Below are positions 10,031 through 19,008 of a DNA stretch of 64,000 nt, piece by piece. The notes under the pieces were generated by a model. It had not been told where the DNA came from, made no database searches, and was given only the letters and a program-made list of their open reading frames with translations. The translations under genes were made by a program, and so were the position numbers. Source of the DNA: an uncultured Thermoplasmatales archaeon (GTDB lineage Archaea; Thermoplasmatota; SW-10-69-26); NCBI GenBank assembly GCA_964396185.1, contig CAYNEI010000006.1, positions 11,081-75,080 on the forward strand, read 5' to 3'. Position 1 is the stretch's first letter. The number at the start of each line of letters is the position of its first letter.

Positions 10031-12267
10031 AGCGGTGGATCGTGACCACGGGCCTTGCAGTCATCCTCTTGGCTCCGATCGCCTCGGCCGGCGACTGGAC
10101 CCAGCCCCGTGCGGACCCCCAGAGCACAGGGTTCACAACGGACCCAGGGCCCGCGTGGCCGGACATCGCACTCCGGGTCGAGTTACCGGGCGAAGGGGCA
10201 TGGGGCGGGTTCCCCGTCGTGGACGGCGTGGCCTACGTACAGTACCGCGACCAAGACGACAGCGAGGGCGGCGGGGGCGTGGTCGCCGTGGATATGGACA
10301 CGGGGGCCAAGCGAACCATCATCGAACAGAGCGGGTTCGACTCGATGGCCGCCGACGGGGAGCGCCTCTACGGCCTGGGGAACGGGACACTGGTTGCCTA
10401 TCCCTTGAGTGGTGGTGAGCCTCTATGGATCTGGGCGTGGCCCTTGCTGGAGCGAGAACCCCAATACACGAGGTGCTGGCGCAGCATGACCTTGGCCGAG
10501 GACCACGTGCTCGTCGGCTGCACGCGGAGGTGGTTAGAGGACGGACAAGGTGCAACGTGGAGCTATCAGGCCCTGGTCGCCTTGGTCGAGGCCGACACCG
10601 GCGAGGCGGCGTGGACCTGGAGCGGAGGCGCTGGAACCTACGCCGGGGACGCGCTGCCGGTTCCCGGTGCTGGGGATCCAGCGCCAGAGGGACAGCCGGG
10701 GGCCGCCGTCAACACGGCCTTCCATGGCTTCGCCGTTCTGGGGCCGCGCGTTTTGGTCGCCTACGAAGCCTGGAAGGAGGCGGGCAGATGCAACGAGAGC
10801 GCGTGCGTCGGTGCGTGGCACGCCCGTTCCGTGGTGGACGGACTCGATCTCCAGACGGGCGAGTCCGTGTGGCGATCGTACGTACCCATCGAGGAGAGCC
10901 AAGCGGTTTGGACCTCGTACTACGATACATTGATCGGAGGTCGCCTCCTGTCCGCCGGGCCCACGGGCACCGACCAAGTCGCATTCGTCCTCACGGAGGA
11001 GGGGCTTCAGGCTGTCAGCCCGGCCACAGGGGCCTCGGTCTGGGACGGAACACGGCAGGTCGGCGGCCAAGACACCGACCCGTTCTACGATGCCTCCCCC
11101 GGTATGGCGTACGACGGCGAGGCGCTGTTCGTGCCTAGCGCCCAGACGGTGCACCGCTTCGATCCTGCCTCCGGCGATCTCGCGTGGCGCACGACGCTTC
11201 CTCCGAAGACGGGCGAACGCGTCGAGGAGGACCTCCTTGTGACCCCCGAGCGTCTCTACACCGGCGGGTGGAACCGCGAGGCCGACACCGGGGGCGTGTA
11301 CGCCTTCGACAAGGAGGATGGCAGCCTCCTGTGGCGGTTGCCCGTCGCCGATCCGCAGAAGATGGCGATCTCCGGCGATACGCTCACCTTCGTCAATGTG
11401 GGTCATTCACGGCCTGAGCCGGGATTCCCCGGCCAAGATGAGCTGATCGTCCTCGGTCGCACCCAGGCCTCCCCCACGCCCGTTGCCGATCCTTCCACGA
11501 CTTACCCCGCCCCCGGGGAGACCGTTCGCGTGGACCTCTCCGAGAGCCACGCCGGCATCGAGGGGCCGGTAACTCGCTACAAAGCGGTCTGGGGAGACGG
11601 CACCGAGACCGACTGGAAGGCTGAGCCCATCCTCACGCACAGGTACGACGGGACCGGCGACACGACCGCCCGCTTCATCGTCGGCAATGCCAACCAAACC
11701 AGCAGCACCACGACGACGTTCCACCTGGGCCAAACGGAACCAAACTGGATCAGCGAGCGCTTCGAGCCGGACAACCAGGACATGACCTTCGGCGTGCTCG
11801 GCATCCTCGTGGCCGTCACCGGCGGCGCGGTCGGGGTGACCCAGCGCTACCGCAAGCGCTCGCGGTTGCAGGACGAGCTCGAGGCCCTTGAGGAGGGCTT
11901 CGAGCAGACGAGGAGCAACCCCGGCGAGTGCGAGGCCTTCCTGGACACACGCAAGGCCCGGGCACGGTCGCTGTTGATGGATGGTGATCTCACGGAGGAG
12001 CAGTTCGGCGTCGTCGAACGGCGCGTGGACGACCTCCACCGCGAGCTTCGGACCACGGTGCTCGACGCGCGCTTCCAGTTCCTGCCGCATGGCATGGTCC
12101 AGGCCGTCAAGAAGATGCTCGCGGACGGACGGTTGTCCGCGTGGGAGCGTGACGCGCTCGACGACCTGCTCGGCCGCGAGGAGACACTCAGCGAGGCCCA
12201 GAGGGAAAAGGTCCGGGCCCAGCTGGACCGGTGGTTCAGCGAGGACCGTGGGGGTGGGGCCTCGTGA
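10027..12267 (+). CDS. PQQ-like beta-propeller + PKD + TM + cytoplasmic tail protein (paralog 4)
   Basis: GTGA overlap; signal MKRWIVTTGLAVILLAPIASA; WTQPRADPQSTG propeller start; VWGDGT; conserved TM block. Confidence 0.85.
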   Translation: MKRWIVTTGLAVILLAPIASAGDWTQPRADPQSTGFTTDPGPAWPDIALRVELPGEGAWGGFPVVDGVAYVQYRDQDDSEGGGGVVAVDMDTGAKRTIIEQSGFDSMAADGERLYGLGNGTLVAYPLSGGEPLWIWAWPLLEREPQYTRCWRSMTLAEDHVLVGCTRRWLEDGQGATWSYQALVALVEADTGEAAWTWSGGAGTYAGDALPVPGAGDPAPEGQPGAAVNTAFHGFAVLGPRVLVAYEAWKEAGRCNESACVGAWHARSVVDGLDLQTGESVWRSYVPIEESQAVWTSYYDTLIGGRLLSAGPTGTDQVAFVLTEEGLQAVSPATGASVWDGTRQVGGQDTDPFYDASPGMAYDGEALFVPSAQTVHRFDPASGDLAWRTTLPPKTGERVEEDLLVTPERLYTGGWNREADTGGVYAFDKEDGSLLWRLPVADPQKMAISGDTLTFVNVGHSRPEPGFPGQDELIVLGRTQASPTPVADPSTTYPAPGETVRVDLSESHAGIEGPVTRYKAVWGDGTETDWKAEPILTHRYDGTGDTTARFIVGNANQTSSTTTTFHLGQTEPNWISERFEPDNQDMTFGVLGILVAVTGGAVGVTQRYRKRSRLQDELEALEEGFEQTRSNPGECEAFLDTRKARARSLLMDGDLTEEQFGVVERRVDDLHRELRTTVLDARFQFLPHGMVQAVKKMLADGRLSAWERDALDDLLGREETLSEAQREKVRAQLDRWFSEDRGGGAS

Positions 12268-12674
12268 GGGATGCATCGGTCACTTTGCTCGGGCTTCTGT
12301 TACTGACGGTGGCCTTGACCGGGTGCACAGACGCTGGCGACGGCGCTGACGGGACCCAGGCCACGACGATGGACTGCACCACGACCCGGTACGAGTACAC
12401 CTCCCACGGGGCCGCCGAGGACGACACCTGCTTCCTGCGCGTCGCCGACGGGACCGCCCAGGTCTCAGTTGGGGGACGCGGCACAGGCTCGATCCAGGTC
12501 ACCATCGAGGATCGCGCTGGGTCGCTCTCGTGGACGTTCCAGAAGAGCTTCTCGGGCAGCCAGGGTGAGTTCGACGAGGATGAGCGCCTTCAGGGCAGCT
12601 CGGACAGGTGGACCGTCACCGTGGACTCCGACGGCTGGGAGGGGACGTTCTCGTTGGTCGTCGATGCGTCTTGA
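12264..12674 (+). CDS. Small hypothetical lipoprotein (beta-rich)
   Basis: GTGA overlap with the paralog 4 stop; LLGLLLLTVALTGC lipobox; acidic composition typical of real genes here. Confidence 0.7.
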   Translation: MRDASVTLLGLLLLTVALTGCTDAGDGADGTQATTMDCTTTRYEYTSHGAAEDDTCFLRVADGTAQVSVGGRGTGSIQVTIEDRAGSLSWTFQKSFSGSQGEFDEDERLQGSSDRWTVTVDSDGWEGTFSLVVDAS

Positions 12675-12721
12675 TCCTTACCCAGATCCCCAAGGCCTGG
12701 GGATAGACGCCGCTCGTTCGC

Positions 12722-12979
12722 TCAACCCTGCTCGTACACGTTCTTGCGGTGCCCGACGACCTGCACCCTGATCTCCTCGGCCTGGTGGTCGATCTCGGCG
12801 AGCACGCGGTAGTCCCCCACGCGCATGCGCACGAGGGGCGAGCCGGTGAGGGGCCGGAAGAAGCGCACCGGGTCGTGGCGTGCCTCACGGAGCTTGTCCA
12901 CGATCCTGGCCTGGATGGTTCGTGGGAGCTCAGCGAGGTCCTTGCTCGCCCGCTCCGAGACAAGTACCTGGAAACTCAC
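12722..12979 (-). CDS. relE: RelE/ParE-family type II toxin
   Basis: 85 aa; SERASKDLAEL...RMRVGDYRVLAEID...VGHRKNVYE RelE signature. Confidence 0.9.
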   Translation of the reverse strand: MSFQVLVSERASKDLAELPRTIQARIVDKLREARHDPVRFFRPLTGSPLVRMRVGDYRVLAEIDHQAEEIRVQVVGHRKNVYEQG

Positions 12980-13206
12980 AGGCCGAGCCCCTCACGGACC
13001 TCATCCAGCGTCCGGAACCGCCCCTCCTCGAACTCCTTGCGCGAGGCGTCCAGGGCCTCCTTGGCCCGGGGGCTGAGCTCTGCCTCGTCCTCCTCGAGCC
13101 AGTCGAGCGCCTCCTCGATGACCTCAGCGTAGGGCTGGCGCGGATGGTGCTTGAGGCGCTTGAGCCGCTCCTTGAGCTCGTTGGGGACTTGGATCGTTGT
13201 GGGCAT
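12976..13206 (-). CDS. Antitoxin partner of RelE (ribbon-helix-helix-like N-terminus)
   Basis: MPTTIQVPNELKERLKRLK N-terminus, acidic C-terminal EEGRFRTLDEVREGLGL; 4-nt overlap with the toxin gene. Confidence 0.8.
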   Translation of the reverse strand: MPTTIQVPNELKERLKRLKHHPRQPYAEVIEEALDWLEEDEAELSPRAKEALDASRKEFEEGRFRTLDEVREGLGL

Positions 13207-13239
13207 CTATAGTGACCTATAGTAATCTATAGTATTTAA
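13207..13239 (-). promoter_or_regulatory. Antitoxin promoter: three CTATAG palindromes at 10-bp period plus TATA-like TTAAATA
   Basis: CTATAG at 13207, 13217 and 13227; minus-strand TTAAATA at 13233-13239, about 27 nt upstream of the ATG. Confidence 0.7.
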
Positions 13240-13294
13240 CAGCTTGTGGCCTTCGATCCTCAAGGTCCGGCAGCCTATGGTGATCGCCCCATGG

Positions 13295-13331
13295 CCGAAT
13301 TATAAATACAATTAATGAGTCATGAGATGAT
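13295..13331 (+). promoter_or_regulatory. BRE/TATA promoter of the vapBC module
   Basis: CCGAA-TTATAAAT at 13295-13307, about 25 nt before ATG 13332; AT-rich island in a GC-rich background. Confidence 0.65.
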
Positions 13332-13568
13332 ATGGGTGCCTCCCCCGTCAAGGAGACAACCGTGACCGAGGGATACGCTGCCAGCATCCCCGCGAGCATC
13401 CGGCGCCAGCTGGGCATCGAACCTGGGGACAAGCTCGTGTGGAAGGCTGAGGAAGGTCGGATCCTCGTCCGGGTGAAGAAGCGTCGCCAGGGAGCGTTCC
13501 AGGACTTCGAGCCCTACGACTTGGGCGAGGCCACCAACGCGACCGCGGACCACGACGAGGTGCACTAG
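13332..13568 (+). CDS. AbrB/MazE/SpoVT-family antitoxin (VapB-like)
   Basis: TTVTEGYAASIPASIRRQLGIEPGDKLVW swapped-hairpin motif; directly upstream of a PIN gene. Confidence 0.85.
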   Translation: MGASPVKETTVTEGYAASIPASIRRQLGIEPGDKLVWKAEEGRILVRVKKRRQGAFQDFEPYDLGEATNATADHDEVH

Positions 13569-13584
13569 CCTGGCGCCGACCGCG

Positions 13585-14001
13585 GTGATCGACACCGGTG
13601 TCCTCGTGGGCGCGATGCTGGCACGGGACAGCTACCACGACGAGGCCGTCCCGATCTTCCAAGCTGCCGATGCTGGCACGATCCCGCCCGTTGTGGTCAC
13701 GGAGTTCGTCCTCGCCGAGACCCTGAACTTCCTCGTGAAGAAAGGGAACTCAGCGATCGGACGGGATGCGCTGGCTCGCCTGGAGGCAAGCACAGGCTTC
13801 CAGATCCGAGGCGTGCCCGCCGGCGTCGTCGACCGAGCCAAGGTCGAGGTCTTCCAGCGGTTCGACGGGCTCTCCTTCGTCGACGCGCTGACGGTGGCGT
13901 TCATGCAGGAGCATGGAATCGAGACCCTGTACTCCTTCGATGAGGGGTTCGACAAGGTCCCGAGTATCGCTCGGAGGAGCACGCTCCCGGCGCCCGGGTG
14001 A
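13585..14001 (+). CDS. vapC: PIN-domain VapC toxin
   Basis: IDTGVLV...E...LSFVDALTVA...LYSFDEGFD acidic PIN tetrad. Confidence 0.9.
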   Translation: MIDTGVLVGAMLARDSYHDEAVPIFQAADAGTIPPVVVTEFVLAETLNFLVKKGNSAIGRDALARLEASTGFQIRGVPAGVVDRAKVEVFQRFDGLSFVDALTVAFMQEHGIETLYSFDEGFDKVPSIARRSTLPAPG

Positions 14002-14199
14002 CCCCGAGGGGACCTCATCTGGGGGTCCTGGCCACCGGAAGCAGTCCACGACGTCTCTAGGGATGTGGGGCGGTGAACCGCATTCAGCCTTGCTCCGACC
14101 GGTGAGCACGGATCTCCTGCTCGGCCTCCCTCCTTTCGAGGCCCGCCTGCTTGAACGCGTCGTGGAGCCGGGCCAGGACCGCGGCGAACGTCCCGCGCC

Positions 14200-15039
14200 T
14201 CACTTCGTCCCCACCACGTAGGCCGCCTCGCCAGGGATCACCAGCGCATCCCCGTAGGTGTACGCCTCCAGGTTCTCGCGCGCATCGGCCAGCACGGAGG
14301 CTTGCACGTCCTCGTCCTCTTCCTCGAGGGAGTGGCCCACTGGTGTGCCTTCCAGCATGGTCTCCAGGTACTCATCCGCGCTGGCGAACACGTAGTCGTA
14401 GCTCGCCCGCTCCTCGCGCACGTCCGTGAAGCCAGCGGCTTCCAGCAGCTCGACGAGCTCGCCCTCGCCACCCATCTCGTACGGTGTCGGGATGTAGCCG
14501 GTCTCGTCAGGCTCGGCCAGCTCCAGCATGGGCCCGATGAGCACATGGATGTGTGGCACCCGCTCGCCAGGGGCAGCCCAGACGCTCGTGGCGAACCGGC
14601 CGCCCGGGGCCAGCACGCGGTGGCTCTCGGCGATGGCCTTCTCGGGGTCCGTGAAGATCTGCAGCCCGAACCGGTTGGTCACGAGCTCGAAGGAGCCATC
14701 GTCGAGCTCCAGCTCCTCGGCATCCATGACCTGGAACTCAGCGTTGTCCAGGCCTTGCTGCTTGGCGCGCTCCTTGGCGAGCTCGATCATGCGCTCCGAG
14801 AGATCCACTCCCAGGACCTTGCCCTGAGGTCCGACCATGCGTGCCAGGGTGAGGGCAGGCTCGCCTGGCCCTGTGCCCACGTCGAGCACGCGCTCGCCCT
14901 GGCGTGGGGAGGCGGCACGGAACAGCGGGGGGTTGTACGGGGCCAAGAGCCCCAGGAAGGCCTGGTAGCGGCTTGCGCTCTCGTTCCAGGTGTCCCGCGT
15001 GTACTCCTTGTACCACTCGTCGGTGTAGGTCCAGCTCAT
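14200..15039 (-). CDS. Class I SAM-dependent methyltransferase (UbiE-like fold)
   Basis: VLDVGTGPG motif I, GVDLSERM, MDAEEL, LAPGGRF; AGGAGG RBS. Confidence 0.85.
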   Translation of the reverse strand: MSWTYTDEWYKEYTRDTWNESASRYQAFLGLLAPYNPPLFRAASPRQGERVLDVGTGPGEPALTLARMVGPQGKVLGVDLSERMIELAKERAKQQGLDNAEFQVMDAEELELDDGSFELVTNRFGLQIFTDPEKAIAESHRVLAPGGRFATSVWAAPGERVPHIHVLIGPMLELAEPDETGYIPTPYEMGGEGELVELLEAAGFTDVREERASYDYVFASADEYLETMLEGTPVGHSLEEEDEDVQASVLADARENLEAYTYGDALVIPGEAAYVVGTK

Positions 15040-15264
15040 GGGCGAGGTCCTCCTTGGCTTGGAACGCCAGCGGGGTACATCAGCTTACCCCGGGGATCTC
15101 AGAGGGCTCTGTCAGAGCGGTTGGATCGCGTGTCGCGGGGCTCGGCCCGCTCCGCCCGTTGGGGGTCACGGGCCGGGGCCCCGCGGTTCACCCGAACGCC
15201 CGGCGCAAACCCCGCGGTCGGTGCAGCGCCGGCCGCTCGGGCTCTTGGAGAACCTCCCACCTGG

Positions 15265-17232
15265 TCAATCGATGCGTGGGATGTTCTCCAATGCCTTCGG
15301 GTTCGCGATGCTGCTCAAATCACCCGTGTCCTCCCCGAGCGCCTTGGCGCGGATGGCTCGTCGCAGGATCTTGGCCGTCTTCGTCCTGGGTAGGTCATCG
15401 ACGAAGTGGATGCCGCCAGGCTTGAACGGCTTGCCCAGCCGATCCATGACCGCTTGGGCCAGGCGCCCTCTCGCCTCGTCCTCATCATCGACCCCCACAG
15501 GGATCGCGAAGATGTGCACGCTCTCACCCTTCACATCGTCCGGGATGCCCACAGCCGCGGCCTCGCCCACGATTCCCGTGTCCACCACGGCCGACTCGAC
15601 CTCGGCTGGCCCGACACGCTTGCCGGCCACGGTGATGACGTCGTCGCTGCGGCCGTGCAGGTACCAGAAGCCGTCCTCGTCGACGGATGCGAAATCCCCG
15701 TGGAACCACGTGTCCTCCCAGCGCGACCAGTACGTCTGCTCGTAGCGCTCCGGGTCCTTCCAGAGCCCGCGCGTCATGCCTGGCCACGGGGCGGTGCAAG
15801 CGAGCTCGCCCACGGTCCCATCCGGGACGGGGTCGCCGTCGGCGTCCACGACCTCGGTGGCGATCCCCAGGCTGGGGTGGCCAAGCGAGCACGGCTTGAG
15901 CGGCGTGATGGGCAGCGGGCTGAGGAAGCAGGCGCCCACCTCGGTGCCGCCGCTAAGGTTGATGATGGGCACCTCTCGGTCGCCTGCGTGCTCGAAGAGC
16001 CAGTCGTACGGCTCAGGGTTCCAGGGCTCGCCGGTGGAGCCCATGATGCGCAGGCTCGAGAGATCCTTCTCATCGATCCAATCGTCGCCGTGGGGGATCA
16101 GCGCGCGGATCAGCGTGGGCGAGATGCCCAGCGTGGTGATGCCGTGGCGCTCCACGAGATCCCAGACCCGGCCGGGGTCGGGGTGGGTGGGGCTGCCCTC
16201 GTAGAGGAAGACGCTGGCGCCGAGGCCAAGGGCGCCCACGACCTCCCAGGGGCCCATGATCCAGCCCATGTCCGAGAACCAGAAGAGCAGGTCGTCCTGG
16301 TGGACGTCGGTCTGGTGGGCCACCTCTTGCATGATCTTGACCATGAAGCCACCGTGGACGTGGACAGCACCCTTGGGCTTGCCCGTGGTCCCACTCGTGT
16401 AGATGACCATGAACGGGTCCTCGCTGTCCACCGGGAGGCTCTCGCGCTCCGGCGGCTGGCTGATGGTGAGCTCGTCCCAGCGAAGGTCCCGGGCGGGCGC
16501 CCACGGGATCTCGACGCCCAGGCGGTCGTAGACCACCAGGTGCTCGAGGGTGGGCACGCGCTCGGCGGCCTCGTCGGCGGTCTCCTTCATGATCACCTTC
16601 TTGCCGTTGCGGAAGAAGCCGTCGGCGGTGAGCATGACCCTGGCGTCTGCGTCGTTGAGACGGGTGGCGATGGCCTCAGGCGCGAAGCCGCTGAACAAGG
16701 GGATGAAGATGGCCCCGAGCTTGGCGATGGCCAGCACCGCGGCCACGGTCTCGGGCACCATGGGCATGAACACGCCCACCGCATCCCCCTTCCCGATGCC
16801 AAGGGACTCCAGCCCTCCAGCGAGCCGGTTGGTCTCCTCGTAGAGGCGCTGGTAGGTCCACTGCTCGACCTCGCCATCCTCGCCCTCCCAGACCACGGCG
16901 ATCTCGTCGGCGCGCTCGCCGGTGGCCCAGCGGTCCACGCAGTTGAGCGCGATGTTGGTCTTGCCGCCGGTGAACCACTTGGCCCACGCGATCCCTTCGC
17001 TGGTGTCCAGCACCTGGTCGTAGGGCTCGAACCAGTCGAGCCCGAGGTGCTCCTCGATGGCTCCCCAGAACCACTCTGGATCCTCGCGTGAGCGGTTCAA
17101 GAGCTCCTCGAGGTCCGCGATGCCGTGCTCGCGCATGAAGCGCGTGACGTTGGCGTGCTCGACGTACTCGTCTGACGGGACCCAGACCACGCCGTCGCCA
17201 TGGGGGTCGGGCGCGCGGAGCTTGGAGGGCAT
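15265..17232 (-). CDS. Acetate--CoA ligase-like AMP-binding enzyme
   Basis: YTSGTTGKPKG, SDMGWIMG, SGGTE, GRSDD, PRTKTAKILRR; ACAS N-terminal domain; start taken at MPSKLR. Confidence 0.85.
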   Translation of the reverse strand: MPSKLRAPDPHGDGVVWVPSDEYVEHANVTRFMREHGIADLEELLNRSREDPEWFWGAIEEHLGLDWFEPYDQVLDTSEGIAWAKWFTGGKTNIALNCVDRWATGERADEIAVVWEGEDGEVEQWTYQRLYEETNRLAGGLESLGIGKGDAVGVFMPMVPETVAAVLAIAKLGAIFIPLFSGFAPEAIATRLNDADARVMLTADGFFRNGKKVIMKETADEAAERVPTLEHLVVYDRLGVEIPWAPARDLRWDELTISQPPERESLPVDSEDPFMVIYTSGTTGKPKGAVHVHGGFMVKIMQEVAHQTDVHQDDLLFWFSDMGWIMGPWEVVGALGLGASVFLYEGSPTHPDPGRVWDLVERHGITTLGISPTLIRALIPHGDDWIDEKDLSSLRIMGSTGEPWNPEPYDWLFEHAGDREVPIINLSGGTEVGACFLSPLPITPLKPCSLGHPSLGIATEVVDADGDPVPDGTVGELACTAPWPGMTRGLWKDPERYEQTYWSRWEDTWFHGDFASVDEDGFWYLHGRSDDVITVAGKRVGPAEVESAVVDTGIVGEAAAVGIPDDVKGESVHIFAIPVGVDDEDEARGRLAQAVMDRLGKPFKPGGIHFVDDLPRTKTAKILRRAIRAKALGEDTGDLSSIANPKALENIPRID

Positions 17233-17259
17233 GAGGCCGGGAACGAGGGCGCTCGGGAA

Positions 17260-17298
17260 GAATGTAACGCGAGAACGGGGAATGTAACGCGAGAACGG
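17260..17298. repeat. Tandem direct repeat 2x GAATGTAACGCGAGAACGG (20-bp period) upstream of the acyl-CoA ligase
   Basis: Exact 19-nt copies at 17260-17278 and 17280-17298. Confidence 0.9.
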
Positions 17299-17602
17299 AG
17301 GGAGAGGGTGGCAGACCATGGGCCTGCCCCCATCCCCATACACGTTCGTTCCCCGTCCTGACCCGCTCAAGCTAGGCCGAGCGGGCCGTGGCGCCCCGGC
17401 CGGGGTCAGGTATGGAGGCTTTGCTGGGAGGCGAGCCGATGAGGCAAGGACCTCGGCCCAGGGCGCGTGACAGGGCATGACATCGAGGGTATTTGGACCC
17501 TTCATCTGGGCTCAATGAGCGTTGAGTCTTGACCGCTCTCGGTGTCTCGGACGTGGGTACCGTGGGAGCCCCTGTGCGCGGGCAACGCTTACATCGAGCA
17601 CC

Positions 17603-18964
17603 ATGCCTGGGGGAGATGTGCGCCTGGCCCCCTGGTTGCTCGCGTGCCTCGTCATGACCGCTGGCTGTCTTGGATCCCCGGATCCCGCTGACACGGAGCC
17701 CGAGACCATGGAGCCCAGCGTTGTTGAGCATCAGCTCACCCCCGACGATCACGCTGCCAGCGAGGTCAGCATCGCAGCCGATCCCAGTGACCCCGATCAC
17801 CTGGTCGCCGCCGCCAACAGCGCCGGGCCGGAGGAGGCCGGCTTCGGCGTCTACGAGACACGGGATGCCGGAGGGACGTGGACCGCCTCCATGTTCACCC
17901 CGGATCAAGTCCGCTCGGAGCCCGCCGAAGGCCCCGCCTTCCAGTCCCTCTCGGACCCGGTGGTCGCCTTCGGACCTGGTGGCGAGCTCTACCTGGCGGG
18001 CCTTGCTTTCCTACCCACCTCGGCGGTCTTCGTGGCGGTGAGCCCGGACGGGGATAGCACGTTCGAGGAGAGCCACGTGGCCTTCGAGAGCGACGTGGTC
18101 GCCCGGTTCAACGATAAGGAGTGGATCGCGGCGAGCCCCGCTACGGGCACGCTGCTGCTGACCTGGCAGATGGAGCCCGCCCTCGACCAGCTGCGCTCGG
18201 TGGAGGCGGCCACGGGCCTCGATGTGGATGTGGGCGAGATCGTGGTGGCCCGCTCGACGGACGCGGGAGCCAGCTGGAGCGAGCCCGAGGTGGTCAGCCG
18301 GGGCCTGCACAACAACGGCACCCAGGTCACCTACACCGAGGGCGGCGTGGCCCAGATGGCCTGGGTCAACTACGAGACCCATACCCTCGACCACATCCGC
18401 TCGACCGATGATGGGGTGAGCTGGAGCGACCCGGCTCCCATCGCCACCGTGCGCACCGTGCCACCCTTCGAGCGCTATGCGCGCATGCACACCCTGCCTG
18501 CGCTCGTGAGCCAGCCGAACGGCTCGGGCGTGTATGCAGTCTGGCACGACGCGCGCAGCGGGGATGCGGACATCTACGCGGTGGCTTCCGGTGACGGGGG
18601 CCAGACGTGGGGGCCCGAGGTGCGCGTCAACGACGACACCGTCTCGGAGGCCATCCAGTTCTACCCATGGGCCACCGTGGCCCCGGACGGGGACCTGCAC
18701 GTCACGTGGTACGATGCTCGAGAGGACCCCGACACGCCGGGGTTGCGCTTCTACCACGCCAGCGCCCCTGGCCCCGGGCTCGCGTTCTCCCCCAACGAGC
18801 CCATCTCGAACGCCACCATCCACCCCTTCGCCGATGATCCCGGGGGCTCAGCCATCTCGCTAGGCGACTACACCGGGCTTGCCGCCAGCCAGAGCGGCGT
18901 GTTCCCAGCATGGGCCAGCGTGGCCGACGACCGCGCCGTGGTTCACGCTGCGCGGATCGGGTGA
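17603..18964 (+). CDS. BNR/Asp-box (sialidase-like) beta-propeller lipoprotein
   Basis: Lipobox LVMTAGC; STDAGASW, STDDGVSW, SGDGGQTW Asp boxes; DKEW and GDYTG motifs; start may be GTG 17618. Confidence 0.8.
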   Translation: MPGGDVRLAPWLLACLVMTAGCLGSPDPADTEPETMEPSVVEHQLTPDDHAASEVSIAADPSDPDHLVAAANSAGPEEAGFGVYETRDAGGTWTASMFTPDQVRSEPAEGPAFQSLSDPVVAFGPGGELYLAGLAFLPTSAVFVAVSPDGDSTFEESHVAFESDVVARFNDKEWIAASPATGTLLLTWQMEPALDQLRSVEAATGLDVDVGEIVVARSTDAGASWSEPEVVSRGLHNNGTQVTYTEGGVAQMAWVNYETHTLDHIRSTDDGVSWSDPAPIATVRTVPPFERYARMHTLPALVSQPNGSGVYAVWHDARSGDADIYAVASGDGGQTWGPEVRVNDDTVSEAIQFYPWATVAPDGDLHVTWYDAREDPDTPGLRFYHASAPGPGLAFSPNEPISNATIHPFADDPGGSAISLGDYTGLAASQSGVFPAWASVADDRAVVHAARIG

Positions 18965-19008
18965 TTCTGGCCCTGCCATTCAAGTAGGGGCCCCGGTTAT
19001 CCGCAGGC

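Noticed and set aside
1634-12267. Diversity-generating retroelement explanation for the paralog array
   Set aside because: No reverse transcriptase and no adenine-specific template/variable repeat pair visible.
15134-15185. GC-rich hairpin between the acyl-CoA ligase and the methyltransferase
   Set aside because: Lacks the heptamer arrays; such hairpins are expected by chance at this GC content or act as ordinary terminators.
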